From: Octopus vulgaris
Lineage: Eukaryota
Assembly (NCBI GenBank): GCA_951406725.2
Contig: OX597839.1
Location: 21,886,001 to 21,950,000, forward strand
DNA: 64,000 bases
Direction: 5' to 3'
The notes under the pieces were generated by a model, which ran no database searches, was not told the origin of the DNA, and worked only from the letters and a program-made list of their open reading frames with translations. A program made the translations under genes and the position numbers. Positions 24,558-36,149 of this stretch are shown here, one piece after another (within the stretch, counting starts at the first letter, position 1; each line of letters starts with the position of its first letter).

Positions 24558-25545
24558 GTACAAGCCATGTCAGGGATGCTATCAGTAAGGTTAGGCCTAG
24601 CAATGATTATAGTAAAGAATTCCGGGTAGGGGTAGGGGTCTATCAAGAATCAGTCCTCAGTCCCCTCTTATTCATCACAGTCCTCCTGGCAATAACTGAG
24701 GAATTCAAGACAGGATGCCCCTGGGAGCTCCTCTATGCTGAGGACTTTGCTCTAATAGCTGAGTTACTATCAGAACAAGAGAAGAAGTTTCGGTTGTGGA
24801 ATCAAGGTCTAGAATCGAAGGACCTTAGAGTCAACCTAGCAAAAAGCAAAGTAGGAAGGCAGACAAATCACAAATCCCTTCAGGTTGATGGCCCTGCTTG
24901 ATCTGTAGAAAAGGCATAGGTAGAAACTCCATAGGATGTACCCAGAGTAGGCTATAGACACAAGAGTGCAGCAATATCAAAGGAAGGCTAACTGGGGAAG
25001 ATAGTTTTTAAGAGTACCCTTCAATAGTTGCAAAGACCTGTTGAGTCAAATGAAGTCATTGTCATGGCCGATGACAGTACCTATTTCTTTATTACCCACA
25101 TGGGGCTAAACACAGAGGGGACAAACATAGGTATTAAGTCGATTACATCGACTCCAGTGCGTAACTGGTACTTAATTTATCGACCCCGAAAGGATGAAAG
25201 GCAAAGTCGACCTCAGCGGAATTTGAACTCAGAACGTAGCCGACCCGTGCTGGTGTCACGTAAAAAGCACCATTTGAGTATGGTCAATGCCAGTGCCATC
25301 TGATTGGTCCTGTGCCAGTGGCATGTAAAAAAGCACCATTCGAGCGTGATTGTTGCCAGTGCCACCTGACTGGCCCTCGTGCCACCGGCACGTAAAATGC
25401 AACCACTACATTTCCGGAGTGGTTGGCATTAGGAAGGGCATCGTGCAGCCATCTGGCTTGCCAGCCCTCAGTCAAACCACCCAACCCATGCCAGCATGGA
25501 AAGCAGATGTTAAACAACAACAATGATGTTGATGATGATGTCATG
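24557..25545 (+). mobile_element. Internally deleted RTE LINE copy (RT fragment + 3' UTR + (GAT)n tail), interrupted by a SINE
   Basis: GVYQESVLSPLLF...ELLYAEDFAL (24557-25010), then 3' UTR and GATGATGAT tail at about 25525-25540. Family B SINE at about 25077-25240. Confidence 0.75.
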
Positions 25546-27274
25546 CATGGAATGTCTTTTAATAAGCCAATGTATTAATGAGAAATACAGTTAACCCTTC
25601 TGTCCAATGTTTTCCCTCTTATTTACATTGCTAGCGAGGCAAGGTGGCCGAATCAGTAGCACACCTGGAAAAATGCTCAGCAGCCTTTCACCTGTCTTTA
25701 CGTTCTGAGTTCAAATTCTGCGAGGTCAACTTTGCCTTTCATCCGTTTGGAGTCGATAAATTCAGTACCAGGCAAGTATGGTGTTAGCCTGAAGGAATAG
25801 TTTTAATAGTTTCAGGCAATGGAATGTGTCCATACTGGAGCAGGCTGTTGAAGGGTTTTTATCAATTTTTATTAAATCCAGCATTGTTTGTTTTATTGAT
25901 ATCAAATGACACTATCGTTTTACTTGTGTCCCCCATCAAATCAGTTGGAGCACTCATCCTCATAATTTCAGTTTCAGAGGATTAACTCCAAAAAGACTTT
26001 CTGATGTTATTAACAAGATTTGGGGGGATTTAAATTGACTTACCCTGAAATTGCTGGCCTTGTACCAAAATTTGGAGCCGTTATTCACATTGCTTTTAAG
26101 TAATTCTTCATTAAATTGCAGCTTCAAGTTTTCAATGATGTGATATTTTTCTTTTTAAAATGACATTGTAGGATAGGTGTGAAAGGGCAGATCTGGCCAA
26201 TTTGAACACAACACAGGTAGAATATTTGGGCCAGATATAGCCAGTTTAAATGCTAAAGAGAATTAACTGAAGATGTATGGCTTAGAGGTTTGGGTATTCC
26301 GTTCCTGATCATAAAGTTATGAGTTCAATTCCCAGTGACGTGTTGTGTCCTTGAGCAAGACACTTTATTTCACATTGCTCCCGTCCACTCAGCTGGCAAA
26401 AATGGGTTGTACCTGGATTTCAAAGAGTCAGCTTTGTCACATTCTGTGTCACACTGAATCTCGCTGAGAACTAGATTAAAGGTACACGTGTCTGTAGTGT
26501 ACTCAGCCACTTGCACGTCCATTTCACAAGCTGGTTGTCCCGTTGATCAAATCAGTTGGAGCACTCATCCTCATAATCTCAGTTTCAGAGGATTAACTCC
26601 AAAAAGACTTTCTGATGTTATTAACAAGATTTGGTGGGGATTTCAGGAGGATGGCTGTGATATTAATTCAAATTCCAAATGAGAGTTTAAAATGGACATC
26701 AATGGAAACAGATGCAATCAACAAGAACTTGCTTATGTTTGTTTTATCTTCTGGCTAGGAGAGAAGGTAGCGTTTGTGGCCCTTTACAGGGCCTTTGACA
26801 TGTGGAAGGGAGGAAGGCATCCTCTAACTGGAAACTTGATCCTGATGCTTGCAACTCAGTGGACTCCACTAAAACCAACCAAGATACCTGGTGGTGATGC
26901 TAAACCAGGACCCTAATTATGTTTATCACTCCAGTAAGCCATGGTGGGATTTGAACTCAGAATGCAAAGAGCCAGAACAAATACCACAAGGCACCTAATA
27001 TGACATTTTATCACTATAACAGGAACTCATGGGATATATGTTGAGGGAGGATTCCAGAATGAGGAATCCCACAAAAGGAGATGTTGATAGTGGTTTTAAG
27101 ACACTGTACTGGAAACAGACCCCACCCACAACCAGCAGGGGTGGAGGACACAAGTAAAACGATAGTGTCATTTGATATCAATAAAACAAACAGTGCTGGA
27201 TTTAATAAAAATTGATAAAAACCCTTCAACAGCCTGTTCCAGTATGGACACATTCCATTGCCTGAAACTATTAA

Positions 27275-27494
27275 CCCTTTTGTTACCAACCCGGCTGAAA
27301 CTGGCTCTGGTTCTGAGCACAAATGTCTTGTTTTCATAAGTTTTGAATTAAAATCTTCCACCAAAACTTAGTCACAATTTATGTTCCTAACACTAGCTGA
27401 GTGATAACTAAGTTATTTTACTAAATTCTTTGTTGTATTTAAAATAATTGAAAGAGACACAGAGAATCTCAAAATAAATACAGTAATGAAAGGG
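27275..27494. mobile_element. piggyBac-type MITE
   Basis: TTAA|CCCTTT ... AAAGGG|TTAA. The empty site is seen in the inverted duplicate at about 25803-25806. Other TTAA-type MITEs at about 28712-28927 and 31668-32298. Confidence 0.85.
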
Positions 27495-30400
27495 TTAAAA
27501 CTATTCCTTCAGGCTAACACAATATTTCTCCCAAAATAAATTGGTATTCTGCAGTTCCATAAATCTAAAAGATAGATTTCATGTTCATTGTTACGTACTT
27601 TTTAATGTCTGTCTACCTGAGATTATTAAATATTTACAACTGTCTCTAAATTAAAATCACCCAATTAACTGCCAGCTTATTTCTCACCTGATATATTTAG
27701 AATGAAAACCTAGCAATCTAATGAGTGTTTTTTTTTTTTTTTATAACCAATTTCTTGGCACGATTTCCATAACTGCAGACTGTATTACTTTACTTGATTA
27801 TAGTAATGAGAAGTCAGAAAAGTTTATTATTTTCATTATTAGAGTAGAAAGAAGGTCGCAAGCTGGCAAAATCGTTTGCACACTGGGTGAAGTGCTTAGT
27901 GGCATTTTATTTGCTAGTATGTTCTGAGTTCAAATTCAGCCGAGGTCGACTTTGCCTTTCATCCTTTCGGGGTTGATAAACTAAGTACCAGTTATGCACT
28001 GGGGTCGATGCAATTGACTGTTGCCCTCCCCCAAATTTCAGGCCTTCTCCCTATAGTAGAAAGGATTATTAGAGTAGAAAAAATGATCATTATTAGTTTT
28101 TCTTCTTTCACTTTTGTTTCCATTCTTTGTTGAGTGTCTTCCCAACACCTAGGGCAAAGAAACTCCCTCTATGCACTGACAGACCATTAAAATAAACACA
28201 CCAGATTGTTCATTTCCAAAATCAAACGAAGTTACACACACAAAAAAAAAAGAAAGATTACTTAAGATGTGTGGTAATTGTTCTCACAGCAACAAAGCTC
28301 TTCTCAATGCGTGTGATGTGCCAGTTGAAATAAACCCAAAACATCTCTTGCATTTCTTGTAGGAATGATAAGACATGGATCAGTCCATTCCAAGCCAATG
28401 GTGGTCAACAGTAGCAAGACTGGCAACACTGAATGGATCTACTCTGAAGATGCTTTTCTAAGCAGGACAAAACTGGAAAAGGGCACTCATGCCATGGAAA
28501 TGGCAGGATTTTTGTGTGGGTTTTACCCTGGATTACCCTAAGTGGACTGCCCCACTGCTGGGGATTCTATTTATTTATCATTTATTATTATTATTAAGGC
28601 ATCAAGCTAGCAGAATTGCTAGCACACTGTACAATATGCTTGTGGTTGTAAACCAAACATCCTAACCACTTAGCTACAGAGCTTCAGTTAATCCTCTGAT
28701 GTGGTATCCTGTAACCTTTTAGCATTCAAACCGGCCATATCATTTAACCTGTTTTACATTGAAACTGACCAGATCTCGCCTCTCACCTCAGCCCTACCAT
28801 CTCATTCTAAAACTAAAAAATCACATCACTGAAATCTCTAAACTAAAAGATAATGCAGGATTAATTCAAAACAATATAAATAAACAAACATCACATTTGA
28901 CAGAATAATCTGAACACTAAAGGGCTAAACTAGCCATAGCTTTAGGTTCTGTGTTCAAATGCCACTGAGGCCAACTTTGACTTTCATCTTTTCAGGGTCA
29001 ATGAAATAAATACCAGTTTGGCACCGAGAATGATGCAATAAAGTTACCCTATCCGCACCAAAGTCAGGCCTTGTGCCTATGAGAGAAAGGATTATTATTG
29101 TTGTTGAGAAACCAGACATAACGTCCATATGTTTTGGTAAGAAACATGTTGTGAACCTTTTGGCTGGCAATTCATGTAATCAAACATAAACAGGATTGTA
29201 TGACATTCATAGAATGCTATCAAAGACTTAGTTTTGAAAATTAAAGTGAAATTACACCCACAGGGAGTCAAAACCAGGTAACAGTTTAGTCTTGACAAGT
29301 AACCAGCCATTTGTTCTACATGTCACCAGATACTAAAAATCAAAACCACTGGATAATTCTCTTTCTTCTCCCCTAATATCTAAAAATTACAATCTACTCC
29401 AGACTCTCTCTCTTTTTACTCTTTTACTTGTTTCAGTCATTTGACTGCGGCCATGCTGGAGCACCGCCTTTAGTCGAGCAAATCGACCCCGGGACCTACT
29501 CTTTGTAAGCCCTGTACTTATTCTATCGGTCTCTTTTGCCGAACCGCTAAGTGACGGGGACGTAAACACACCAGTATCGGTTGTCAAGCAATGCTAGGGG
29601 GACAAACACACTTATATATATATATACATATATACGACAGGCTTCTTTCAGTTTCCGTCTACCAAATCCACTCACAAGGCATTGGTCGGCCCGGGGCTAT
29701 AGCAGAAGACACTTGCCCAAGATGCCACGCAGTGGGACTGAACCCGGAACCATGTGGTTGGTTAGCAAGCTACTTACCACACAGCCACTCCTGTGGTGAT
29801 ACTCTCAAGTATCACCTCTTACAAACACACAAACCACACACTCTCTTCTTGACCCCAATCGACAGACTTTCCATGCTGTCCAAGCTACACTTATCATTCA
29901 AACTTCACTCTTATTATATCGACCTTGAAAGGATGACAAGCAAAGTCTACCCTGGCAGCATTTGAACTCAGAATGTAAAGTTGGAAGAAAAGCTGCAAAA
30001 TATTTTGTCCAGTGTGGTAAAGATTCTGCCAACTCACTGCCTTAATAATAATAATAATTTTTGTCACAGGGGCAGCTTCTGTGAGATGGGGATGAGTCAA
30101 TTACATCAACCCCTGTCTTCAAACTGGTACTTATTTTATCAACCCTGAAAGGTATGAAAGGCAAAGTCAACCTCAGCAGAATTTGAACTCAAAACGTAAC
30201 AATGGGCAAAATACTGCAAAGCATTTCGTCCAGTGTTCTAGCAATTCTGCCAGCTCACTGTCTTTAATAATAATAATGGTTTCAAATTTTGGCACAAGAC
30301 CAGCAATTTCAGGGCAGGGGGGTAAGTCAATTACATTGACCCCAGTTCTCAACTGCTACTTAATTTATTGAACTCAGAACATAAAGATGGATGAAATGCT

Positions 30401-31977
30401 GTTAAGTGTTTTGCCGGGTATGCTAACGATTCTGCCAGCCCACTGCCTTAAAGCTGACTATGGCAGAATTTGAACTCAGAACATAAATTTGAATGGAATG
30501 CTACAAAGTATTTGGCCTGGAATGGTAAAGACTCTGCCAGCTCACCCAGATATTAGCAAAAAAAAATATATATATATATACTTGGTAATATAGTTGCATA
30601 ATGAAATACAGTGTCCCAACCAGCAATTAATAATATACATACTAATTGCTAGGAAAGTATTTTATTAATGTAAAATTAGTCTATCCAATTGCATTACACT
30701 ACTAAACTTTGTGACTAAGCAATTTGTTTGTGGATGTTTAATGGATTGGATGTGGCACTGATGAAAGAGCAATTACTTCTGAAATGTGCATATACACCTG
30801 TTATCTATTTCTTCTATCTTCAATTGCATTGTTTTCAGATATATTCATATACAAAACATCATAACATATCAGTGATGCTTTTAATTTCTATAGAAAATCT
30901 GTGGAGATAAGTTTAAAAAGTAAAGTATGTTTCTATACATCACACAACCATCAAGTTCCCTCACTCCAAAACTGCAGCTGGTCCTTGGCCAAAAGGATCC
31001 TCCAATTTTATAAAACCCCTCAAATATAAATGGTTTTGTGAGGACTATTCCCAGAAACATATCCTCCACATTCTCACGTCTGCCACCTGTGTCGGTGGCA
31101 CATAAAAAAAACACCATCCGACCGTGGCCGTCTGCCAGCCTCGTCTGGCACATAAAAAACACCATCCGAGCGTGGCCGTCTGCCAGCCTCGTCTGGCACC
31201 TGTGTCGGTGGCACATAAAATCACCCACTACACTCTCGGAGTGGTTGGCGTTAGGAAGGGCATCCAGCTGTAGAAACACTGCCAGATCTGACTGGCCTGG
31301 TGCAGCCTTCTGGCTTGCCAGACCCCAGTTGAACCGTCCAACCCATGCTAGCATGGAAAGCGGACGTTAAACGATGATGATGATGATGATTCTCTGCTGG
31401 TTTTGCATCCAACTCTCCTTCAGAACCATCTCCTTGCTCTTTACCACACACACATGCCAAGTGTAAAAGTACCCCAGTAACTAGCTGACAATATCCCTAC
31501 CATTACCCCAGTGTACACCAGAGATAATCCAACACTCACTAAATCCCTCAATCCTTCTCTCTAAAGAAATAATTCCAATCTTTAGCATTAAATGTGTTTT
31601 AACACCTGAAAACTGACAGAGACATCCACCTTCCATGTTGCTCTTTGATGGCCACCCAACCATAGATTAACCCTTTGGCAATCTGGCTATATCCGACCAA
31701 AATATTCTGCCTCTTTTGTGTTCAAATTGGCCAGATCCAACATTTCATACCTACTCTACAATGTCATAGTAAAAATAAACAATCACATCATTGAAATCTT
31801 AAAGCTATGAGATAGGCGCAGGAGTGGCTGTGTGGTAAGTAGCTTGCTAACCAACCTCATGGTTCCGGGTTCAGTCCCACTGCGTGGCACCTTGGACAAG
31901 TGTCTTCTGCTATAGCCACGGGCCGACCAATGCCTTGTGAGTGAATTTGGTAGACGGAAACTGAAAGAAGCCTGTCG

Positions 31978-32014
<37 letters not shown>

Positions 32015-32632
32015 TTGTGTGTCTGTGTTTGTCCCCCTAGCATTGCTTGACAACCGATGCTGGTGTGTTTACGTCCCCGTCACCTAGCGGTTCGGCAAAA
32101 AGAGACCGATAGAATAAGTACTGGGCTTACAAAGAATAAGTCCCGGGGTCGATTTGTTCAACTAAAGGCGGTGCTCCAGCATGGCCGCAGTCAAATGACT
32201 GAAACAAGTAAAGAGAGAGATAATGTATGATCAACTCAAGACAGTGTGAATAAATAAGCATTAGATTTGACAGAATAACCTGAATATTAGAAGGTTAAGC
32301 TAGATGTACAAGAGTCCACCACATTTGTCAGGTCTCATTCGAGAAATTTATTAAAAATATTTGGACCATGTTTAAAGCAGATTTAATTTCCTGTCAAACA
32401 TGTCAACTTATGAACTCTATTCCATCTCTCACGTCATAGGCAGATGGCTTCCTGCCAGAGGGCATTATCATGATGCACAGATGAAGCAAGCAGGTTTGTG
32501 GATACTCGGTCTCGTGTCAACAAAAGACTTTACTTCAAAGCAGAGGATGACTTGGAAAATTTTTACTGCTATCTCTAGCAGACCCAAAGTTGTCAAAAGC
32601 CACCATAGCAATTGCACAGGTTTAATTTATAT

Positions 32633-32680
32633 GAAACGTTTTGCAATAAAATTTTTAAAAATTTTATTGCAAAACGTTTC
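32633..32680. repeat. 48-bp perfect spacerless palindrome
   Basis: GAAACGTTTTGCAATAAAATTTTT|AAAAATTTTATTGCAAAACGTTTC. Confidence 0.95.
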
Positions 32681-33050
32681 TTTCAGGCTGCATCTCAGAA
32701 AATTTTGTAGTTAAAAATCTGTTTAACTTTATAAAGATACCCACTGATCTTTCATCATAGACCAGTTTTTAGATAAGCTGGATTATCTTCAGCCAAGAAA
32801 GTATTTTAGCTCTTCAATCTGCGTTAGTAGTTATTCTAATTTCAGTCATTTGACTTTGTGACTGGTTTGATTTCGAGACGAAAAGTAATTTGGAAATACG
32901 TGAGAAGGGAGGTAACCACGAGAAGACCAAAATACAAGCTATCTGAGGCTCATCCGCAAATTCCAGTGTGAAGGTACACGGATTAGTGTATTACAGTTTA
33001 TAACTGGGAATTTGATACCTGGCTGTGTTGTGTCCCTGAGCAAGACACTT

Positions 33051-33388
33051 CAGTGAGGGCGCGTGGCTTAGTGGTTAGGGCATTCGGCTCATGATCGTAA
33101 GGTTGTGAGTTCGATTCCCGGCAACGCGTTGTGTCCTTGAGCAAGACACTTTATTTCACGTTGCTCCAGTCCACTCAGCTGGCAAAAATGAGTTGTACTT
33201 GTATTTCAAAAGGGTCAGCCTTGTCACTCTCTGTGTCACGCTGATTATCCCCGAGAACTACGTTAAGGGTACACGTGTCTGTGGAATGCTCAGCCATTTG
33301 CACGTTAATTTCACGAGCAAGCTGTTCCGTTGATCGTATCAGCTGGGACCCTCGTCGTCATAACCGGCGGAGTCTTTAAAAAAAAAAA
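33051..33388 (+). mobile_element. tRNA-derived SINE family C (V-domain-like), young copy nested in an older copy
   Basis: GGCGCGTGGCTTAGTGGTTAGGGCATTCGGCTCATGATCGTAAGGTTGTGAGTTCGATTCCC head, GTGTCCTTGAGCAAGACACTT core and poly(A) tail. 12-bp TSD AGCAAGACACTT (33039-33050, 33389-33400). Relatives at about 26275-26560, 42580-43330 and 63341-63680. Confidence 0.85.
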
Positions 33389-35236
33389 AGCAAGACACTT
33401 TACTCCACATTGCTCCAGTCCACTCAGCTGGCAAAACTGTGTTGTACCAATAATTGAAAAGGGGCCAACCTTGTCACATTCTGAATCTCCCTGAGAATTA
33501 CATTAACGGTATGCCTACGGGATACTCAGCCAGTTGCAGGTTTGATCTGATCATGAAATTCTTGGAACACTTGTCATAACCAACAGAGAATGAGTTAATG
33601 ATTCTGATTTTTCTGACCAAGATACAACAGGTTTCAATCTACCCAATTTCGTTTGAGATTTTGGCTCACCTGTTGCAATGATTGGGGACACCCAAACGGA
33701 AAACAGGATGTGAAACCTGGAACTCATTTACCCCACCACCATATAACCAAATCACTTTTTTCAGGTTGATCAGAATCGGACTAATGTTCTTGAAGCAGTA
33801 TTCCATTTCTGCTGTTAGGGAACCCTTTCAACTACTTTACCTCCCTGTGTTTGCATATTGAAAGCACCAAACTATAGAATGAACTGATATATAACAATCA
33901 TCATTATCACGGCTGGGTCAGCAGTATCAATGTGAAGACAGAGATAAACACACACCATATTCTTTCAAATTTGAATTTTGGGTACAAAACACTGGTTTGC
34001 ACCAGGAGAATCGAACCAATGTTGTTATAAACATTTATTCTACACAGAAATAAATTCCTTTATATGCACACACAGAGTGGGAAGTGTGAAAACAACTCAC
34101 TATGGACACCTTTGGGTTAATTTGTGACCAAACAGGGCTGGATGCACATAAACAATATAGAGCTGAAATTCTGGTAAAAAAAAAAAAAAAAAACCGCGCA
34201 CGAGTGGCTGTGTGGTAAGTAGCTTGTTTACCAACTACATGGTTCTGGGTTCAGTCCCACTGCGTGGCACCTTGGGCAAGTGTCTTCTACTATAGCCTTG
34301 GGCCGACCAAAGCCTTGTGAGTGGATTTGGTAGACGGAAACTGAAAGAAGCCTGTCGTGTATGTATATATATATATATGTATGTATGTGTGTGCCTGTGT
34401 TTGTCCCCTAGCATTGCTTGACAACCGATGCTGGTGTGTTTATGTCCCCGTCACTTAGCGGTTCGGCAAAAAGAGCGATAGAATAAGTACTGGGCTTACA
34501 AAGAATAAGTCCCGGGGTCGAGTTGCTCGATTAAAGGCGGTGCTCCAGCATGGCCGCAGCCAAAATGACTGAAACAAATAAAAGAGGAAAGAGCTCATAA
34601 AACCCACCAAGTGACTCTTGATGGAATCGGGAAGTAGACACAAATGGCTGTCGTGACAGGATTACACCAAAAGCAATTGCTATCTCACGACTACACTAGC
34701 AATGCAAACTAATGAAATGTCTCTGTAGGGCAGCATTTAGTAAATGTTGCTAGAATGAAGAATACGCTAAAAGTTATCGAAAAATTATCCTCTTACTAGG
34801 ATCCAAGCACCAAATAATTTATCGCAAAATGGCTTTATTATAGATACACGCACAGTGGAATCTTGATTTACGAATTCACTCATGTGTCATTTTAGGAAAA
34901 GCATGTTGAATTGAAGCAGGGATGTCCACTGAGCAAAAGCTAGGCAGCAACTGGCACTTCCAGCTGATGTGTTCTTTTTACTGAAGACACTGTCATGCAG
35001 GACTTTCTATAGTCAGAAAAACTGTTCAAGAGAGGCATTCATGGAATCAAAATTCCACTGAATATATTTCTTTCATATCTGTCCAACAATCAGCTCTCAT
35101 ATTACACAAACGAGATTCTTTCAGTTTCTATCAACCAAATTCACAAGGTTTTGATCAGCCCGAAGCTTTATAAGATACTTGCCCAAGGTGACATGCAATG
35201 AGAATGAATCCAGGTCCATGTGGTCAGGAAGCAGAC

Positions 35237-35560
35237 TGTAGTGACGTCATATTCCAGTGTGCGTGTGTGGACTTGAGGCACGGCGATCGAAGAGAAAGGA
35301 CGTATCTTCAGACGTGTGGTCAACCTATTCTCCTGTCCCAGACGCTTGGGATTTAACCTATCTATTGCTGCTGAATTGTTGTAAGAATGGATACCAGTAT
35401 ACCATCGTGTTTCATTGTTGAATAAGAGAATAAAGGATTATATATTTCTAAACTTGCTTTTCGTTCCTGACTGGTAGTTTCTGGAAACAAAAAGAAAGGA
35501 AATTGTGTTGCACCCAAGTTGCACCCCAAAAGTGTAAAGAAGCAACCAGTTCCCATTACA
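35237..35560 (+). mobile_element. Solo LTR (Ty3/Gypsy-like, 324 bp)
   Basis: TGTAGTG ... CATTACA termini, 4-bp TSD AGAC (35233-35236, 35561-35564) and internal AATAAA (35429-35434). Interrupts a family A SINE remnant. Confidence 0.8.
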
Positions 35561-35651
35561 AGACTTTTTACCACACAGCCACTGCATCACTTTAAAAAAA
35601 ATCGAAACAGAAGGTTAAAGGATAACAGAACACAATATTTACATAAACCAG

Positions 35652-35673
35652 TTTATTTTTCTTCTTATTTATT
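35652..35673 (-). terminator. Polyadenylation signals of the NDPK gene
   Basis: Two AATAAA on the minus strand (35668-35673 and 35652-35657), about 75-95 nt after the stop codon. Confidence 0.65.
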
Positions 35674-35746
35674 CACAGTAAAATGTAAATGTTTTCGTGT
35701 TGCAATAAGCGTTCCTATAACGTCTTTGTTAAACTTACTGACCAGT

Positions 35747-36149
35747 TTACTCGTACAACCAGCTGCTCAGAGCTGGTTTCCAAGTGATTTGCTCCTCCTT
35801 AGTAAACCATAAATTGATTTCACGAGTGGCAGATTCAGTTCCATCACTACCATGGATGATGTTGCGTCCCATATCAATACCGTAATCACCACGGATGGTA
35901 CCAGGGGCAGACTTCTTGGGGTCAGTAGCTCCCATCATGGTGCGAGCAGTTGAAATTACACTGGCACCTTCCCAGACCATGGCCAACACAGGGGAGGAGG
36001 ACATGTGGGCTACGAGGCCATCAAAGAAACCTTTTCCTTTGTGTTCTGCATAATGGGATTCCAAAAGGGTCTTGGAAGCATGGACCAACTTGCAGGCAAC
36101 CAACTGGAAGCCACGTTTCTCAAAACGGGTCATGACTTCACCACACAGT
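35747..36149 (-). CDS. NME: Nucleoside diphosphate kinase (group I NME/Nm23), exon 2
   Basis: Acceptor TTTTTTTGCAG|A, then LCGEVMTRFEKRGF...HYAEHKGKGFF...MVWEG...PGTIRGDYGIDMGRNIIHGSD...WLYE*. The catalytic His is in the NxxHGSD motif. Intron phase matches exon 1. Confidence 0.97.

Noticed and set aside
28361-28541. Possible exon or 58-aa ORF after a TTGTAG acceptor
   Set aside because: No recognisable protein similarity or partner exons.
33058-33130. Functional tRNA gene
   Set aside because: The tRNA-like head continues into SINE body, poly(A) tail and TSD.
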